Assembly: GCA_050186295.1 (NCBI GenBank)
Contig: JBFWYP010000001.1
Span: 70,069 to 134,068 of the forward strand
Reading direction: 5' to 3'
DNA: 64,000 nucleotides
Source: Thermoanaerobaculia bacterium
GTDB taxonomy: Bacteria > Acidobacteriota > Thermoanaerobaculia > Multivoradales > JAGPDF01
This document shows positions 18,881 through 29,795 of the stretch, piece by piece. A model generated the notes under the pieces. It was not told the origin of the DNA and ran no database searches. It saw nothing but the letters and a program-made list of their open reading frames with translations. Each line of letters opens with the position of its first letter. The first letter of the stretch is position 1. The position numbers and the translations under genes were made by a program.

Positions 18881-20262
18881 GCGCCCTCCTCCGCGGCCAG
18901 CCGCTCGGCGAACCTGTAGACGTCGCCGGCACCCATGGTCAGGACCACGTCTCCCGGCCCGAGCTCGCCCAGACGCTGCCGCACGATGTCCCAGTCGCCG
19001 CAGTAGTCGACCCGGGAGTGGCCGACCGCCTGCGTCGCGCGCGCCACCAGCTCGCCGGTGACACCGGCGATCGGCTTCTCACGCGACGGATAGACGTCGG
19101 TCACGAGGACGTGGTCGGCGGCGGCGAGCGCCTTGCCGAACTCCTCGGCGAGGTCGCGGGTGCGCGAGAACAGATGCGGCTGGAAGACCGCATGGAGCGT
19201 GTGCCGCGGGAAGACCTGTCGCGCTGCTGCCAGAGTCGCCGCGACCTCGGTCGGATGGTGCGCGTAGTCGTCGACGATGGCGGCGCCGCGATGGCTTCCC
19301 ATGGGCTCGAACCGCCGGTGGACGCCGCCGAAGCCGGCGAGGGCGCGCGCCACCACCGGCATCGGCACGCCGAGCGCCAGGGCGACGCCGACCGCTCCCA
19401 GCGTGTTGCGGACGTTGTGCACACCCGGCAGCGGAATCGTCACCCGCCCCAGCTCTCCCTCCGGTCGAGAGACCACGGTGAACGAGCTGCCGGCGGGGGT
19501 CATCTCGAGATCCACGGCGCGGAGAGTGCATTCTTCGCCCAGTCCGTACTTCGTCACCCGCCGGTCGCCCAGGCGCGGCAGGAGCTTCGCCGCCTGGACG
19601 TCGTCGGCGCAGACGATCACCTGGCCGAAGAACGGAACCCGGCTGGCGAAGGTGACGAAGGCGTCGTGGATCGCCTCGAGGTCCTGGTAGGTGTCCAGGT
19701 GGTCGCGATCGACGTTGGTGATCACCGCCAGTACCGGGAAGAGCGACAGGAAACTGCGATCGAACTCGTCTGCCTCGACGACCATGTAGTCGGAGTTCCC
19801 GAGTCGCGCTCCGGTCCCTGAGACCCGCAGCCGGCCGCCGACGATGACCGTCGGGTCGAGTCCGGCCTCGGTCATGATCGCGCCCACGAGCGACGTCGTC
19901 GTCGTCTTGCCGTGAGTGCCGGCGATCGCGATGCCGTACTTCATGCGCATCAGTTCGGCCAGCATCTCGGCGCGACGCACGACCGGTATGGTCCGGGCGC
20001 GCGCCTCGACGACCTCCGGATTGCCCGCCGCGATCGCCGAAGAGACCACGACCAGATCCACGCCGTCGAGATGGTCCGGCGCATGCCCGCGGGCCACCGC
20101 CACTCCGAGGCCGCGCAGGCGCGAGATCGTCTCGCCGTCCGACTGATCGCAGCCCGAGACGGTGAGCTCGTACTGCAGCAGCACTTCGGCGATTCCGCTC
20201 ATCCCGGCACCGCCGATGCCGACGAGATGGGCGTGGCGCAGACCCGCGAACCGGTGGAACAT
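18877..20262 (-). CDS. murC: UDP-N-acetylmuramate--L-alanine ligase MurC
   Basis: Mur ligase motifs GTHGKTTTTSL and DNVRN-like; I trimmed to the ATG at 20262, which overlaps the murG stop. Confidence 0.95.
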   Translation of the reverse strand: MFHRFAGLRHAHLVGIGGAGMSGIAEVLLQYELTVSGCDQSDGETISRLRGLGVAVARGHAPDHLDGVDLVVVSSAIAAGNPEVVEARARTIPVVRRAEMLAELMRMKYGIAIAGTHGKTTTTSLVGAIMTEAGLDPTVIVGGRLRVSGTGARLGNSDYMVVEADEFDRSFLSLFPVLAVITNVDRDHLDTYQDLEAIHDAFVTFASRVPFFGQVIVCADDVQAAKLLPRLGDRRVTKYGLGEECTLRAVDLEMTPAGSSFTVVSRPEGELGRVTIPLPGVHNVRNTLGAVGVALALGVPMPVVARALAGFGGVHRRFEPMGSHRGAAIVDDYAHHPTEVAATLAAARQVFPRHTLHAVFQPHLFSRTRDLAEEFGKALAAADHVLVTDVYPSREKPIAGVTGELVARATQAVGHSRVDYCGDWDIVRQRLGELGPGDVVLTMGAGDVYRFAERLAAEEGA

Positions 20263-21401
20263 CAGGCCGCCACTCCGAGCGTCGCCCGCGGGCGGCGCGA
20301 TTCGACGAGGGCCTCGAGCCGGTCGGCGATCTCCGCCGCGGCGCCCGGACGGGAGAGGACTCGCGCCGCAGCACCCATCGCCACGAGTCGAGCGCGATCG
20401 CTGAACAGCAACGTGATCTCGCGCAGCAGCCGCGGCGCGTCGAGAGCATGGTCCTCGACCACGACTGCGGCCCCTTCGTCCTCGAGCCGCCGGGCGTTCG
20501 CCACCTGGTGGGCTCCGGCGAGCACCAGCGGGAGGAGGAGCGACGGCCGGCCGGCCGCACAGATCTCGGCCAGAGTGATCGCTCCGGCGCGGGAGATCAC
20601 GAGGTCGACTGCGCCGATCGCTGCCGGCATGTTGTCGACGAACGGCACCACCCGCAGCCGCGGCGACTCGATACCGGCGGCGGCGTAGGCCGCCCGCACG
20701 GAGTCGAGATGGCGCGCGCCGCACTGATGCAGCACCGAGACCTCCGGCAGCTCCTCGAAGAGGCGACCGAGCACCTCGGGGAGGAGCTCGTTGATCCGCT
20801 GCGAGCCCTGACTGCCGCCGAGGACGAGCAGACGCGGCTTGCCGTCGCTCCGCACGGCGACCGCCTCGAAGAACTCGGGCCGCACCGGCACGCCCGTGGT
20901 CCAGGACGGACAGTGCAGGCGCTCGCCGGTGGAGGTGAACGCCACCGCGGCCCCGTCCGCGAAGCGCGACGCCCAAAGGTTCGCCCGTCCCGGCTCGGCG
21001 TTCGGTTCGACGATCGCGGTCGGGCGCCGCGCCCAGCGCGCGCCGACCACCGCCGGCGCCGACGCGTAGCCGCCCGTGCCGACGACCAGATCGACACCGT
21101 CCGCCACGACCACCCTGCGCGCGGTGAGGGCCGAGCGCAGCAGCGCCCAGACCGCGGCCAGCTGGCGCAGGAGCGACCGTCCGACGATCGGCTGCGCCGG
21201 GAGATCGACGAGCTCGAAGCCGCGCTCCTTCGCGAGGCGGGCCTCGATGCCGTTCGCGTTCCCTGCGAGGCGCACGTTCCAGCCGCGGCGCTCGAGCTCC
21301 TCGCCGATGGCGAGCGCCGGGAAGACGTGGCCACCGCTGCCGCCGCCGGCGAGGAGCGCGCGGCGCGAGCTGGCGGGAGGTCCGGTCACGGTCTCAGCCA
21401 T
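20262..21401 (-). CDS. murG: UDP-GlcNAc:lipid I GlcNAc transferase MurG
   Basis: GGSGGHVFPALA N-terminal motif and overall MurG architecture; 379 aa. Confidence 0.93.
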   Translation of the reverse strand: MAETVTGPPASSRRALLAGGGSGGHVFPALAIGEELERRGWNVRLAGNANGIEARLAKERGFELVDLPAQPIVGRSLLRQLAAVWALLRSALTARRVVVADGVDLVVGTGGYASAPAVVGARWARRPTAIVEPNAEPGRANLWASRFADGAAVAFTSTGERLHCPSWTTGVPVRPEFFEAVAVRSDGKPRLLVLGGSQGSQRINELLPEVLGRLFEELPEVSVLHQCGARHLDSVRAAYAAAGIESPRLRVVPFVDNMPAAIGAVDLVISRAGAITLAEICAAGRPSLLLPLVLAGAHQVANARRLEDEGAAVVVEDHALDAPRLLREITLLFSDRARLVAMGAAARVLSRPGAAAEIADRLEALVESRRPRATLGVAA

Positions 21402-22488
21402 TCTGGGAGACGTTGAGCAGCACGCCGCAGATCATCATCGTGACGACCAGCGACGAACCGCCGTAGGAGAGGAACGGCAGCGGAATCCCCTTCGTCGGAA
21501 GGAGGGCGATGGCCACCGAGATGTTGATCAGGGCCTGGATCACGAGCATCGTCGAGAATCCCCAGGCGAGGTAGCGGCCGAACGGATCGGGCGCGCGCAG
21601 TCCGGCGCGCAGACCGCGCCAGAGGACGACACCGAAGAGCGCCACCACCACCAGGGCCCCGATCAGTCCGAGCTCCTCGGCGACGATCGCGTAGATGAAG
21701 TCCGACTGCGGGTGCGGCAGGAAGTAGAGCTTCTGGATGCTGTTCCCGGGTCCGAGGCCCATGACGCCGCCCGAACCCACGGCGATGAGCGACTGCATCG
21801 CCTGGAAACCGGAGCCCAGTGGATCCTTGTCGGGATCGAGGAAGGCGAAGAGCCGCGCCCGGCGGTACGGTACCGAGATCACCAGGAAGTAGAGCACCGG
21901 CAGCGCCGCGGCGAGCCCGGCGCCGACGAAGCGCCAGGAGAGTCCCGCCAGGAAGAGCATCGCTGCCGCCGTGGTGGCGAGCAGCACGGCGGTGCCGAGA
22001 TCCGGCTGCAGCAGGATCAGCCCCGAGAGGAGCCCGGTCACCAGCGCCACCGGCAGCAGGACGTCGCGCCGATTGGCAGGAGCGATCGCGTCGTCGCGAC
22101 GGTCGAGGAAGAAGGCGAGGAACGGAACCAGCGCGAGCTTGGCGAGCTCGGACGGCTGGATCGAGATGCCGCCGATGAAGAACCAGCGCCGGGTCGCGTT
22201 CCACTGCGGCGCGAAGAGGACCGCGATCAGCAGCAGGACGATTCCGGCGATCATCGCGTAGACCACCCGCCGGTCGCGCAGCCGCCGGTAGTCGATATGC
22301 ATGATGATTCCCATCGCCACGAACCCGATCACCGCCGCGATCGCCTGCTTGACGAGGAACGGGCTGACGGCTCCGCCCTGCGCCCGAGCCATCGCGGCAC
22401 TGGCCGAATAGACCATCACCAGCCCCAGCCCGCAGAGCAGGACCACGGTGGTGAAGAGAATCCGGTCGTAGACGAGTTTCCGTGCCAT
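21394..22488 (-). CDS. ftsW: Lipid II flippase / peptidoglycan polymerase FtsW (SEDS family)
   Basis: Ten-TM SEDS protein with SELAKLALV and a conserved C-terminal region; I trimmed to the ATG at 22488 ([12 protein letters not shown]). Confidence 0.93.
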   Translation of the reverse strand: MARKLVYDRILFTTVVLLCGLGLVMVYSASAAMARAQGGAVSPFLVKQAIAAVIGFVAMGIIMHIDYRRLRDRRVVYAMIAGIVLLLIAVLFAPQWNATRRWFFIGGISIQPSELAKLALVPFLAFFLDRRDDAIAPANRRDVLLPVALVTGLLSGLILLQPDLGTAVLLATTAAAMLFLAGLSWRFVGAGLAAALPVLYFLVISVPYRRARLFAFLDPDKDPLGSGFQAMQSLIAVGSGGVMGLGPGNSIQKLYFLPHPQSDFIYAIVAEELGLIGALVVVALFGVVLWRGLRAGLRAPDPFGRYLAWGFSTMLVIQALINISVAIALLPTKGIPLPFLSYGGSSLVVTMMICGVLLNVSQNG

Positions 22489-23879
22489 CAGGCGATCCCC
22501 GCGGGCGCACCGAGCGCCCGTACGCTGGCGGCGAAGCGCTCGCCGCGATCGATGTAGTCCCGGAACTGGTCGAAGCTCGCGCACGCGGGCGAGAGCAGGA
22601 CCACCTCGCCCGACTTCGCGTTGCCGGCCGCTTCGGCCACCGCCGCGTCGAGCGTCCCGGAACGGGAGAACGGCGCCGTCGTTCCGAGCGCCTTCTCGAG
22701 CAGCGACGCCGACTCGCCGATGAAGTAGAGGTGTCGCGCCTTGCGCGCGACGACGTCGGCGAGGAAGCCGAAATCGGCGCCCTTGTTGCGGCCACCGAGG
22801 ACGAGATGCACGCTGGCGTCCGCGAACCCCTCGAGCGAACGGGCGGTCGCCGCCACGTTGGTGCCCTTCGAGTCGTCGTAGTACGTGACCCCCGCGATCT
22901 CGGCTACCCGCTCGACCCGGTGCGGCAGTCCGCGGAAGGCGCGCAGCGCCGGCGCGATCGCCGTCGCCGGAACGCCGGTCGCGCGTGCCAGGAGCGCCGC
23001 TGCCATGGCGTTCTCGACGTTGTGCGGACCCGGAAGCGGGAGATCCGCGAGCCGGAAGAGCTCCCCGCCCCCGTCGCCCTCGCCCGCGACCTCGACCACC
23101 GACCCTCCACGCCGCACGCAGCCACGACTTACCTCTCCCGCGAAGGAGAAGAGCCGCCGCTCGGCCGCCGTCGCCGTCGCCACGACGTCGGGCTCGTCGG
23201 CGTTGAGGATGGCCCGGTCCTCCGGAGTCTGGTTCATGAAGATCCGCCGCTTCGCCGCGAGGTATCCGGCGAGATCGCCGTGCCGGTCGAGATGATCCGG
23301 CGAGATGTTGAGCAGCGCCGCCGCCTGCGGCCGGAAGGCGTGGATCGTCTCGAGCTGGAAGCTCGAGAGCTCGACGACGAACGTCCGCCCCGGCGGCCCG
23401 TCGACCACCGCGGCGAGCGGCCTGCCGATGTTGCCGCAGACCTCGACCGCACGGCCTGCGCCGGCGACGAAGGCTCCGGTCATCGCGGTCGTGGTCGACT
23501 TGCCGTTCGAGCCGGTGATCGCGATCACCGTGCCCTCGAGCTCGTGGAAGGCGAGCTCCACCTCGGCCGCGACCGGGATCCGCGCCGCGCGCGCCGCCGC
23601 CAGCAGCGGGTGGTCGAGCGCGACCCCGGGACTGGTGATGACCGCGTCGATGCCGCGCGGGAGCTCCGCCGATCCGTCGCCGAGCCGCAGCTCGACCCCG
23701 GGATCGTGTGCCAGATCTTCGACGCCGAGATCGTCCGCGGGTCGCCGGTCGGAAGCCACCACCTCGACGCCCCGGCGCCGCAGGAGGCGCGCGGCCGCGG
23801 CCCCCGAGAGCCCGAGGCCGAGCACGAAGGCGCGCTCTAGCTTCGCGGGCGGAAAGGATGCGGAGGTCGATCCGCTCAT
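22488..23879 (-). CDS. murD: UDP-N-acetylmuramoylalanine--D-glutamate ligase MurD
   Basis: Mur ligase [10 protein letters not shown]-loop; I trimmed the track ORF (to 25091) to the ATG at 23879, which overlaps the mraY stop as ATGA. Confidence 0.93.
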   Translation of the reverse strand: MSGSTSASFPPAKLERAFVLGLGLSGAAAARLLRRRGVEVVASDRRPADDLGVEDLAHDPGVELRLGDGSAELPRGIDAVITSPGVALDHPLLAAARAARIPVAAEVELAFHELEGTVIAITGSNGKSTTTAMTGAFVAGAGRAVEVCGNIGRPLAAVVDGPPGRTFVVELSSFQLETIHAFRPQAAALLNISPDHLDRHGDLAGYLAAKRRIFMNQTPEDRAILNADEPDVVATATAAERRLFSFAGEVSRGCVRRGGSVVEVAGEGDGGGELFRLADLPLPGPHNVENAMAAALLARATGVPATAIAPALRAFRGLPHRVERVAEIAGVTYYDDSKGTNVAATARSLEGFADASVHLVLGGRNKGADFGFLADVVARKARHLYFIGESASLLEKALGTTAPFSRSGTLDAAVAEAAGNAKSGEVVLLSPACASFDQFRDYIDRGERFAASVRALGAPAGIA

Positions 23880-24961
23880 CGCAGTTTGAGAGTCGAGAGC
23901 GAGAGCAGCGCGAACATCACCGCGAGGATCCAGAAGCGCACGATGATCTTCGGCTCCGCCCACCCGCCGAGCTCGAAATGGTGATGGAGAGGCGCCATGC
24001 GGAGGACCCGCTTGCCGCGCAGCTTGAACGAGAGGACCTGCACGATGACCGACAGCGCCTCGAGGACGAAGAGACCGCCGACGAGCGCCAGCACGAGTTC
24101 CTGTTTGGCGAGGACGGCGACCGTGCCGATGGCGCCGCCCAGGGCGAGCGACCCGACGTCGCCCATGAAGACCTCGGCGGGATGGGCGTTCCACCACAGA
24201 AAGCCGATCGAGGCACCGACCAGGGCGCCGCAGAAGACGGTGACCTCGCCGACGCCGGCGACGTAGGGGACCTGGAGGTACTGCGAAAGGACCCGGTTTC
24301 CGGCCACGTAGGTGAAGACCGCGTAGGTCGCTGCGGCGATCAGGGTCGCGCCGATCGCCAGCCCGTCGAGGCCGTCGGTCAGATTGACGGCATTGGAGGC
24401 GCCGACCAGGACGAAGACGAAGAACGGCACGTAGAGGATTCCGAGGTTGACCACCAGATCCTTGAAGAACGGGAAGGCGAGAGTCGGCTGGAACGGCGCC
24501 TCCATCGGCAGTCCCACCAGCAGGGCGCCGGCGATCGAGGCCGCGACGACCTGGAGCAGGAACTTGGCGCGCGCCGTGAGTCCGAGATTGCGCCGCCGGC
24601 GCAGCTTGAGGAAGTCGTCGGCGAAGCCGATCGCGCCGAAGGCGACCGTGATCCCCATCGCCAGCCAGACGTAGCCGTTGGCGAGGTTCGCCCACAGCAG
24701 GGTCGGAACGATGAGGGTGAAGAGGATGAGCAGTCCGCCCATCGTCGGCGTTCCCGCCTTGACCTGGTGGCTCTGCGGACCGACGTCGCGGATGTTCTGG
24801 CCCACCGACAGCCGCCGCAGCGTGGCGATGAAGCGCGGCCCGAGGAGCAGCGCGAGGAGGATCGCCGTCACCACCGCTCCGGCGGTGCGGAAGGTGATGT
24901 AGCGGAAGACGTTGAACGGCGCGAACAGGTCGCGCAGCGGATAGAGGAGATGGTAGAGCAT
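23876..24961 (-). CDS. mraY: Phospho-N-acetylmuramoyl-pentapeptide transferase MraY
   Basis: Ten-TM protein with [13 protein letters not shown] and HHHFE motifs. Confidence 0.96.
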   Translation of the reverse strand: MLYHLLYPLRDLFAPFNVFRYITFRTAGAVVTAILLALLLGPRFIATLRRLSVGQNIRDVGPQSHQVKAGTPTMGGLLILFTLIVPTLLWANLANGYVWLAMGITVAFGAIGFADDFLKLRRRRNLGLTARAKFLLQVVAASIAGALLVGLPMEAPFQPTLAFPFFKDLVVNLGILYVPFFVFVLVGASNAVNLTDGLDGLAIGATLIAAATYAVFTYVAGNRVLSQYLQVPYVAGVGEVTVFCGALVGASIGFLWWNAHPAEVFMGDVGSLALGGAIGTVAVLAKQELVLALVGGLFVLEALSVIVQVLSFKLRGKRVLRMAPLHHHFELGGWAEPKIIVRFWILAVMFALLSLSTLKLR

Positions 24962-26446
24962 CTACCGCCTCCCCTCTTCGCCGCGCTCGGCGAGCGCCAG
25001 GGCGAGCTCGTCGCGGTCGACGAACGGAATCCGCTGGTTGCCGACGAGCTGCACGCGTTCGTGCCCTTTGCCGGCGACGAGGACGGCCCACTGTCCAGGA
25101 GCGCCGGCAGCGACCGCGACGGCGCGGCGGATCGCCTCCCTACGGTCAGGGACGATCCGGTACTCGCGGTTGCCGCTCGCCTTCAGGCCTTGCTCCACCT
25201 GCGCCAGGATGGCGAGCGGATCCTCGCTGCGCGGATTGTCGGAAGTGGCGATGGGAAGGTCGGCGAGATCGCCGGCGGTCTTGCCCATGATCGGTCGCTT
25301 GCCGGGATCGCGATCACCACCGCAGCCGAAGACCACGACCACGCGCCGGCCGGTCAGTTCGCGCAGCGACCGGATCGCCGCGGCGAGCGCCGCGTCCGTG
25401 TGCGCGTAGTCGACCGCGGCGACGAAGCTCTGCCCCGCCCGCACCGACTCCATCCGTCCCGGCAGCGGTCCGGTCGCGCGGATCCCTTCGACGACGGCCT
25501 CCGGCGGCAGGCCGAGCGCCTCGGCAGCGGCGGTCGCGGCGACGATGTTCTCGAGGTTGAATCGCCCGAGGAGCGTCGACTCGAACAGGATCTCGCCGCT
25601 CGGCGTGCGGATGGAACCGCGGATGCCGTCGCCGTCGAGCGTCACCCGCGAAACCATCACCTCGCCCTTGGCGCCGAACGTCAGCGCGCCGGGAAACTCC
25701 TCCGCGAGCCGGCGGCCGAACGGGTCGTCGAACGCCACCACGGCCTTGCCGCCCGGCTTGCGCATCTCGAACAGGCGCCGCTTGGCGAGATAGTAGCTCT
25801 CGAGATCGGCGTGGAAATCGAAGTGGTCGCGCGTCAGGTTGGTGAAGAGCGCGACGTCGAAGAGGGCGCCACGCACCCGCCCCTGCTCGAGCGCGTGCGA
25901 CGAGACCTCGGTCGCGACGGCGGCTGCGCCACGCTCCTTCATCTCGCGCAGGAGCCGGAAGAAGTCGGACGCCTCGGGCGACGTTCTTCCGCGGGTCGAG
26001 CCGAGCTCCTCCCCGGCGAACCGGAAGCCGAGAGTCCCGATCGTGCCGCACGGCCTGGCGGCGGCATTCAGGATCCCGGCCATCAGCTCGACGATCGTCG
26101 ACTTGCCGTTGGTCCCGGTGACTCCGACCAGCACGATCTCGCGATCGGGATGACCGTAGAGCGGCGCCGCGAGGTCGCCGAGCAGCTCGCGCGGAGAATC
26201 CGTCACCAGCCAGGGTACATCCGGCGCCACCTCCTGCGGCCGCGGTCGATCGGCGAGGACCGCTTCCGCGCCGCGCTCGATCGCCTGACCCGCGAACAGC
26301 CGGCCGTCGAACTGGGCTCCACTCCAGGTCACGAACAGCTCGCCCTTCTCGAGCGTGCGCGAATCATGTCGAACGCCGAAGACCTCGGGATCCGACCCGA
26401 GGTCTCCAGTGACCGGACGGCCCGCGAACAGTTGCGAGAGCTTCAT
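24962..26446 (-). CDS. murE: UDP-MurNAc-tripeptide--2,6-diaminopimelate ligase MurE
   Basis: GTNGKST P-loop and the DNPR motif (DNPRSEDP) that specifies meso-DAP. Confidence 0.93.
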   Translation of the reverse strand: MKLSQLFAGRPVTGDLGSDPEVFGVRHDSRTLEKGELFVTWSGAQFDGRLFAGQAIERGAEAVLADRPRPQEVAPDVPWLVTDSPRELLGDLAAPLYGHPDREIVLVGVTGTNGKSTIVELMAGILNAAARPCGTIGTLGFRFAGEELGSTRGRTSPEASDFFRLLREMKERGAAAVATEVSSHALEQGRVRGALFDVALFTNLTRDHFDFHADLESYYLAKRRLFEMRKPGGKAVVAFDDPFGRRLAEEFPGALTFGAKGEVMVSRVTLDGDGIRGSIRTPSGEILFESTLLGRFNLENIVAATAAAEALGLPPEAVVEGIRATGPLPGRMESVRAGQSFVAAVDYAHTDAALAAAIRSLRELTGRRVVVVFGCGGDRDPGKRPIMGKTAGDLADLPIATSDNPRSEDPLAILAQVEQGLKASGNREYRIVPDRREAIRRAVAVAAGAPGQWAVLVAGKGHERVQLVGNQRIPFVDRDELALALAERGEEGRR

Positions 26447-28461
26447 CCGCCTGCTCCGGCGATTCCCGGTTCGAGGAAGAGCTCGATCGACGTGCCGGGG
26501 TCCGGGACCGGCGAGCCCGCGACCGGCTTCTGGCGCCGCACGACGCCCGAGCCGACGATCACCGGTCGCAGCCGGAGTCCGCTCGTCGCCGCAAGGGCCT
26601 GGCGCGCCGTCAGGCCGGCGAGGTCGGGGACCCCGGCCACGGGCAGCGCGTCGCGAACTGCCGGGATCGGCATCGCGGCGGGCGGTTCGACCGCGGGATC
26701 CGGTTCGCCGCCGGCCTGCGCGAGGACGATCTCACCCGGCCCGACCGGGAGCTCCGGCTCGGGCTCTTCGCGTGGCCAGATCTCGGGAGCTTCGCGCTCG
26801 GGCCGCACGTTCAGATAGAGCAGCGCCTGGCGCACGATCGCTTCGAAGACCGGCGCCGCAGCCTCTCCTCCGTGGTACGTCCCTCGCGGGTCGTCGAGCA
26901 CCACGGCGGCGACGAGCGCCGGACGATCGAGGGGAGCAAAGCCGGCGAAACTGGCGATGAACTCGTTGTTGAGATAGCCCTTGCCGGGAAGGGCCTTCTG
27001 CGCCGTCCCGGTCTTTCCCGCCACCGGATAGCCGGCGACCGCCGCCTGCCGTCCGGTCCCGCCCTGCATGGTGACTCCGGCCAGAAGCACGCGCAGCGTC
27101 TCGATCGTGCGGCCGGAGACCGGCCGCGAGCGTTCGGTGACGACGGCATGTCGCACCTCCGCGTCCGCACCGGTGCGCAGCTGCCGGACGACGAACGGCT
27201 CCAGGAGCCGCCCGCCGTTCGCCACGGTTCCGAACGCGAGGGTCAGCTGCAGCGGCGTCACGGACAGTCCCTGTCCGAACGAGATGTAGGCCTTGGCGAG
27301 TTTGGGCCAGCGCTCGACCGGCATCAGCAGCCCGGGACTCTCGCCCGGCAGATCGATTCCGGAGGTGCGGCCGAAGCCGAAGGCGCGGATCGTCGAGTAG
27401 AACGTCGCGTTCGACACCCGGAGCGCGGTCTTGATCGTCCCCACGTTCGACGACTTGGCGATCACTTCGCGGAACGTGAGGTTCCCGAACGACTTGTGGT
27501 CGGAGATCCGGACGCCCGCGAGGGTGATCCCGCCGTACTCGCAGTCGAACGTCTCGTCGGGATCGACAAGTCCCTCCTCCAGCGCGGCGGCGGCAGTGAC
27601 CATCTTGAACGTCGAACCCGGCTCGTAGGCATCGGTGACCGGACGGTTGCGGCGCGCGTCCGCCGAGGCGTCACCGAACCGGTTGGGATCGAAGCGCGGC
27701 CACGAAGCCATCGCCAGCACGGCGCCGCTGTCCGGGTCCAGCAACACGACGCTGCCGCTCTTCACCCGCAGCTCGCGTGCCGCGCGATCGAGCTCCTGTT
27801 CGGCGATCTGCTGCAGGGTGGCGTCGAGCGTGAGGTGCAGGTCGCCGCCGGCCACCGGCGCCGCGGACGGAAGATTCGGCGGCACCGCCATCCCCTTGCG
27901 GGCGTCACGCAGGACGGTCCGCCGGCCCGGCTTGCCGGCCACGACCTTGTCGTACATCGCTTCGAGACCGGCGAGCCCCTGGTTGTCGGTGCCAACGTAG
28001 CCGAGGACGTGGGCCGCGAGCTCGCGCAGCGGGTAGTAGCGCTTGGACTCCTCGAGGAAGTAGAGACCCGGGAGCTCGCGATCGCGGATGGCCCGCGCCT
28101 GGGGCGGATCGAGCTTCCTCGCCACCCAGACGAACTCGCGGTCGCTCGCCAGCTGGCGCTCGAGCTTCTTCGCGTCGAGCGGAACGATCGCCGCGATCGC
28201 CGCCGCCGTGGCCTTCACGTTCTCGATCTCGCGCGGTACGGCGAACGCCGACTCGACCTCGATCGACACGGCGAGCTCACGGCCGCGCGCGTCGAAGATG
28301 GTGCCGCGCGGCGGGTCGAGCTCGATCACCCGCTGCTGCTGTCGTTCGGCGCGGCGCGCGAACTCGTCGTGCCGGTCCACCTGGAGGTGGAACAGCCGTG
28401 CGCCGATCCCCCCCATCCACAGGGTGAGGAATCCGACGACGAAATAGAGCCGGCTCCTCAC
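26443..28461 (-). CDS. ftsI: Peptidoglycan D,D-transpeptidase FtsI (class B PBP) with C-terminal PASTA domain
   Basis: N-terminal TM helix, a dimerisation domain, transpeptidase motifs STFK, SSN and KTGT, and a C-terminal PASTA-like segment. Confidence 0.93.
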   Translation of the reverse strand: MRSRLYFVVGFLTLWMGGIGARLFHLQVDRHDEFARRAERQQQRVIELDPPRGTIFDARGRELAVSIEVESAFAVPREIENVKATAAAIAAIVPLDAKKLERQLASDREFVWVARKLDPPQARAIRDRELPGLYFLEESKRYYPLRELAAHVLGYVGTDNQGLAGLEAMYDKVVAGKPGRRTVLRDARKGMAVPPNLPSAAPVAGGDLHLTLDATLQQIAEQELDRAARELRVKSGSVVLLDPDSGAVLAMASWPRFDPNRFGDASADARRNRPVTDAYEPGSTFKMVTAAAALEEGLVDPDETFDCEYGGITLAGVRISDHKSFGNLTFREVIAKSSNVGTIKTALRVSNATFYSTIRAFGFGRTSGIDLPGESPGLLMPVERWPKLAKAYISFGQGLSVTPLQLTLAFGTVANGGRLLEPFVVRQLRTGADAEVRHAVVTERSRPVSGRTIETLRVLLAGVTMQGGTGRQAAVAGYPVAGKTGTAQKALPGKGYLNNEFIASFAGFAPLDRPALVAAVVLDDPRGTYHGGEAAAPVFEAIVRQALLYLNVRPEREAPEIWPREEPEPELPVGPGEIVLAQAGGEPDPAVEPPAAMPIPAVRDALPVAGVPDLAGLTARQALAATSGLRLRPVIVGSGVVRRQKPVAGSPVPDPGTSIELFLEPGIAGAGG

Positions 28462-28841
28462 CGGGCGCCGTCCGCCCCCCGGGACGTCGCGCCGCCGAGG
28501 CGCGTCTCCTCGAGGAAGATCACCTGTTCGAGCCGCGGCGCTTCGAGGCCGAGCTCCTTGCCGGCGCGCTCCGCCAGGCGCTGCGGATTGGAGAGGTAGG
28601 CGGCCTCGAGCCGGAGCTGGCGCTCGACCTGCTGCAGCTGATGGTTCCGCCGCTCGAGCGACTCGATCCGGTAGCCGACCCGCAGCGCCTCCAGCTGCAG
28701 CCAGGTGTAGACGAGCAGTCCGAGCGCCAGCGGGAACACGGCCGCGATCACGAGCCCGAGCTCGCGCAGACGGCGGCGGTCGCGCTCGCGCACCAGGTAC
28801 GCGTTGACGACCGGCCGGCGGACCGTATAGGCGTTGCGCAC
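28458..28841 (-). CDS. ftsL: Cell division protein FtsL-like (small bitopic coiled-coil protein)
   Basis: 127 aa with one TM helix followed by leucine-zipper-like heptads; located between rsmH and ftsI as in dcw clusters. Confidence 0.6.
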   Translation of the reverse strand: MRNAYTVRRPVVNAYLVRERDRRRLRELGLVIAAVFPLALGLLVYTWLQLEALRVGYRIESLERRNHQLQQVERQLRLEAAYLSNPQRLAERAGKELGLEAPRLEQVIFLEETRLGGATSRGADGAR

Positions 28842-28845
28842 GAGC

Positions 28846-29775
28846 TCAGAGCCTGCGGGCAGCCCTGAGTCGCGCCGAACGCGAGCGCGGGTTGACGTCG
28901 ATCTCGGCGACCGACGGACGAACCGGCTTCTTCGTCAGGACGTCGAGCAGGCGGGTCTCGGAGCGCGTGCGCCCGGTCGTCTGGTCGACTTCGCCGCGCG
29001 CCAGCTCACGGATCCGGTTCTTGACGATCCGGTCCTCGAGGCTCTGGAACGAGATCACGACGAGGCGTCCGTCCTGTTCGAGCAGTCTCGTCGCCCGGTC
29101 GAGCAGCTCCTCGATCGCGGCGAGCTCCTCGTTGACCGCGATACGGAGCGCCTGGAACACTCGCGTCGCCGGGTCGATCTTCTCGTCGCGTCGCCCGCGT
29201 CGCTTCGAGCGCCGCACGACGTCGGCGAGCGCCGCGGTGGTGTCGATCGGATGCAGCTCGCGCGCTCCGACGACGGCGCGCGCCACCCGCCGCGCATCCG
29301 GTTCGTCCCCGTACTCCCTGAAGATCTGTTCCAATTCTCCCTCCGTCGCGCTCGCAATCAGCTCGGCCGCGGTGTCGCCTTCGGCGCTCATCCGCATGTC
29401 GAGCGGTCCGTCCCGCTGGAAACTGAAACCGCGTTCGGGTGTGTCGAGCTGCAGCGACGACACCCCGAGATCGGCGTAGATGCCGGCCGGTCGCTCCGTG
29501 CTCCACGGCCCTTGCTCCCAGAGCTCCGCGATCTGCGCGAAGTTGCCTTCGACGAGATGCACACGCGCGGCGAACGGCGCGAGTCTCGCGCGCGCCAGAT
29601 CGAGCGCACGACGATCGCGGTCGATGCCGAACAGGCGGACGTCGGGGAAGCGATCGAGGAGCGCCTCGGCGTGACCACCGAGACCGAGTGTGCAGTCGAC
29701 GAACGAGCCGCCGCGTCCCGGGTCGAGCCAGGCGAGCGTCTCGTCCAGGAGCACGGGCAGATGGCGCGCCGGCAC
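28846..29775 (-). CDS. rsmH: 16S rRNA (cytosine1402-N4)-methyltransferase RsmH (MraW)
   Basis: HLPVLLDETL, DCTLGLGGH and LDMRM motifs. I trimmed the start to the GTG at 29775 to avoid overlap with mraZ. Confidence 0.9.
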   Translation of the reverse strand: MPARHLPVLLDETLAWLDPGRGGSFVDCTLGLGGHAEALLDRFPDVRLFGIDRDRRALDLARARLAPFAARVHLVEGNFAQIAELWEQGPWSTERPAGIYADLGVSSLQLDTPERGFSFQRDGPLDMRMSAEGDTAAELIASATEGELEQIFREYGDEPDARRVARAVVGARELHPIDTTAALADVVRRSKRRGRRDEKIDPATRVFQALRIAVNEELAAIEELLDRATRLLEQDGRLVVISFQSLEDRIVKNRIRELARGEVDQTTGRTRSETRLLDVLTKKPVRPSVAEIDVNPRSRSARLRAARRL

Positions 29776-29795
29776 TTGGCGAGCTCCATGTCCCG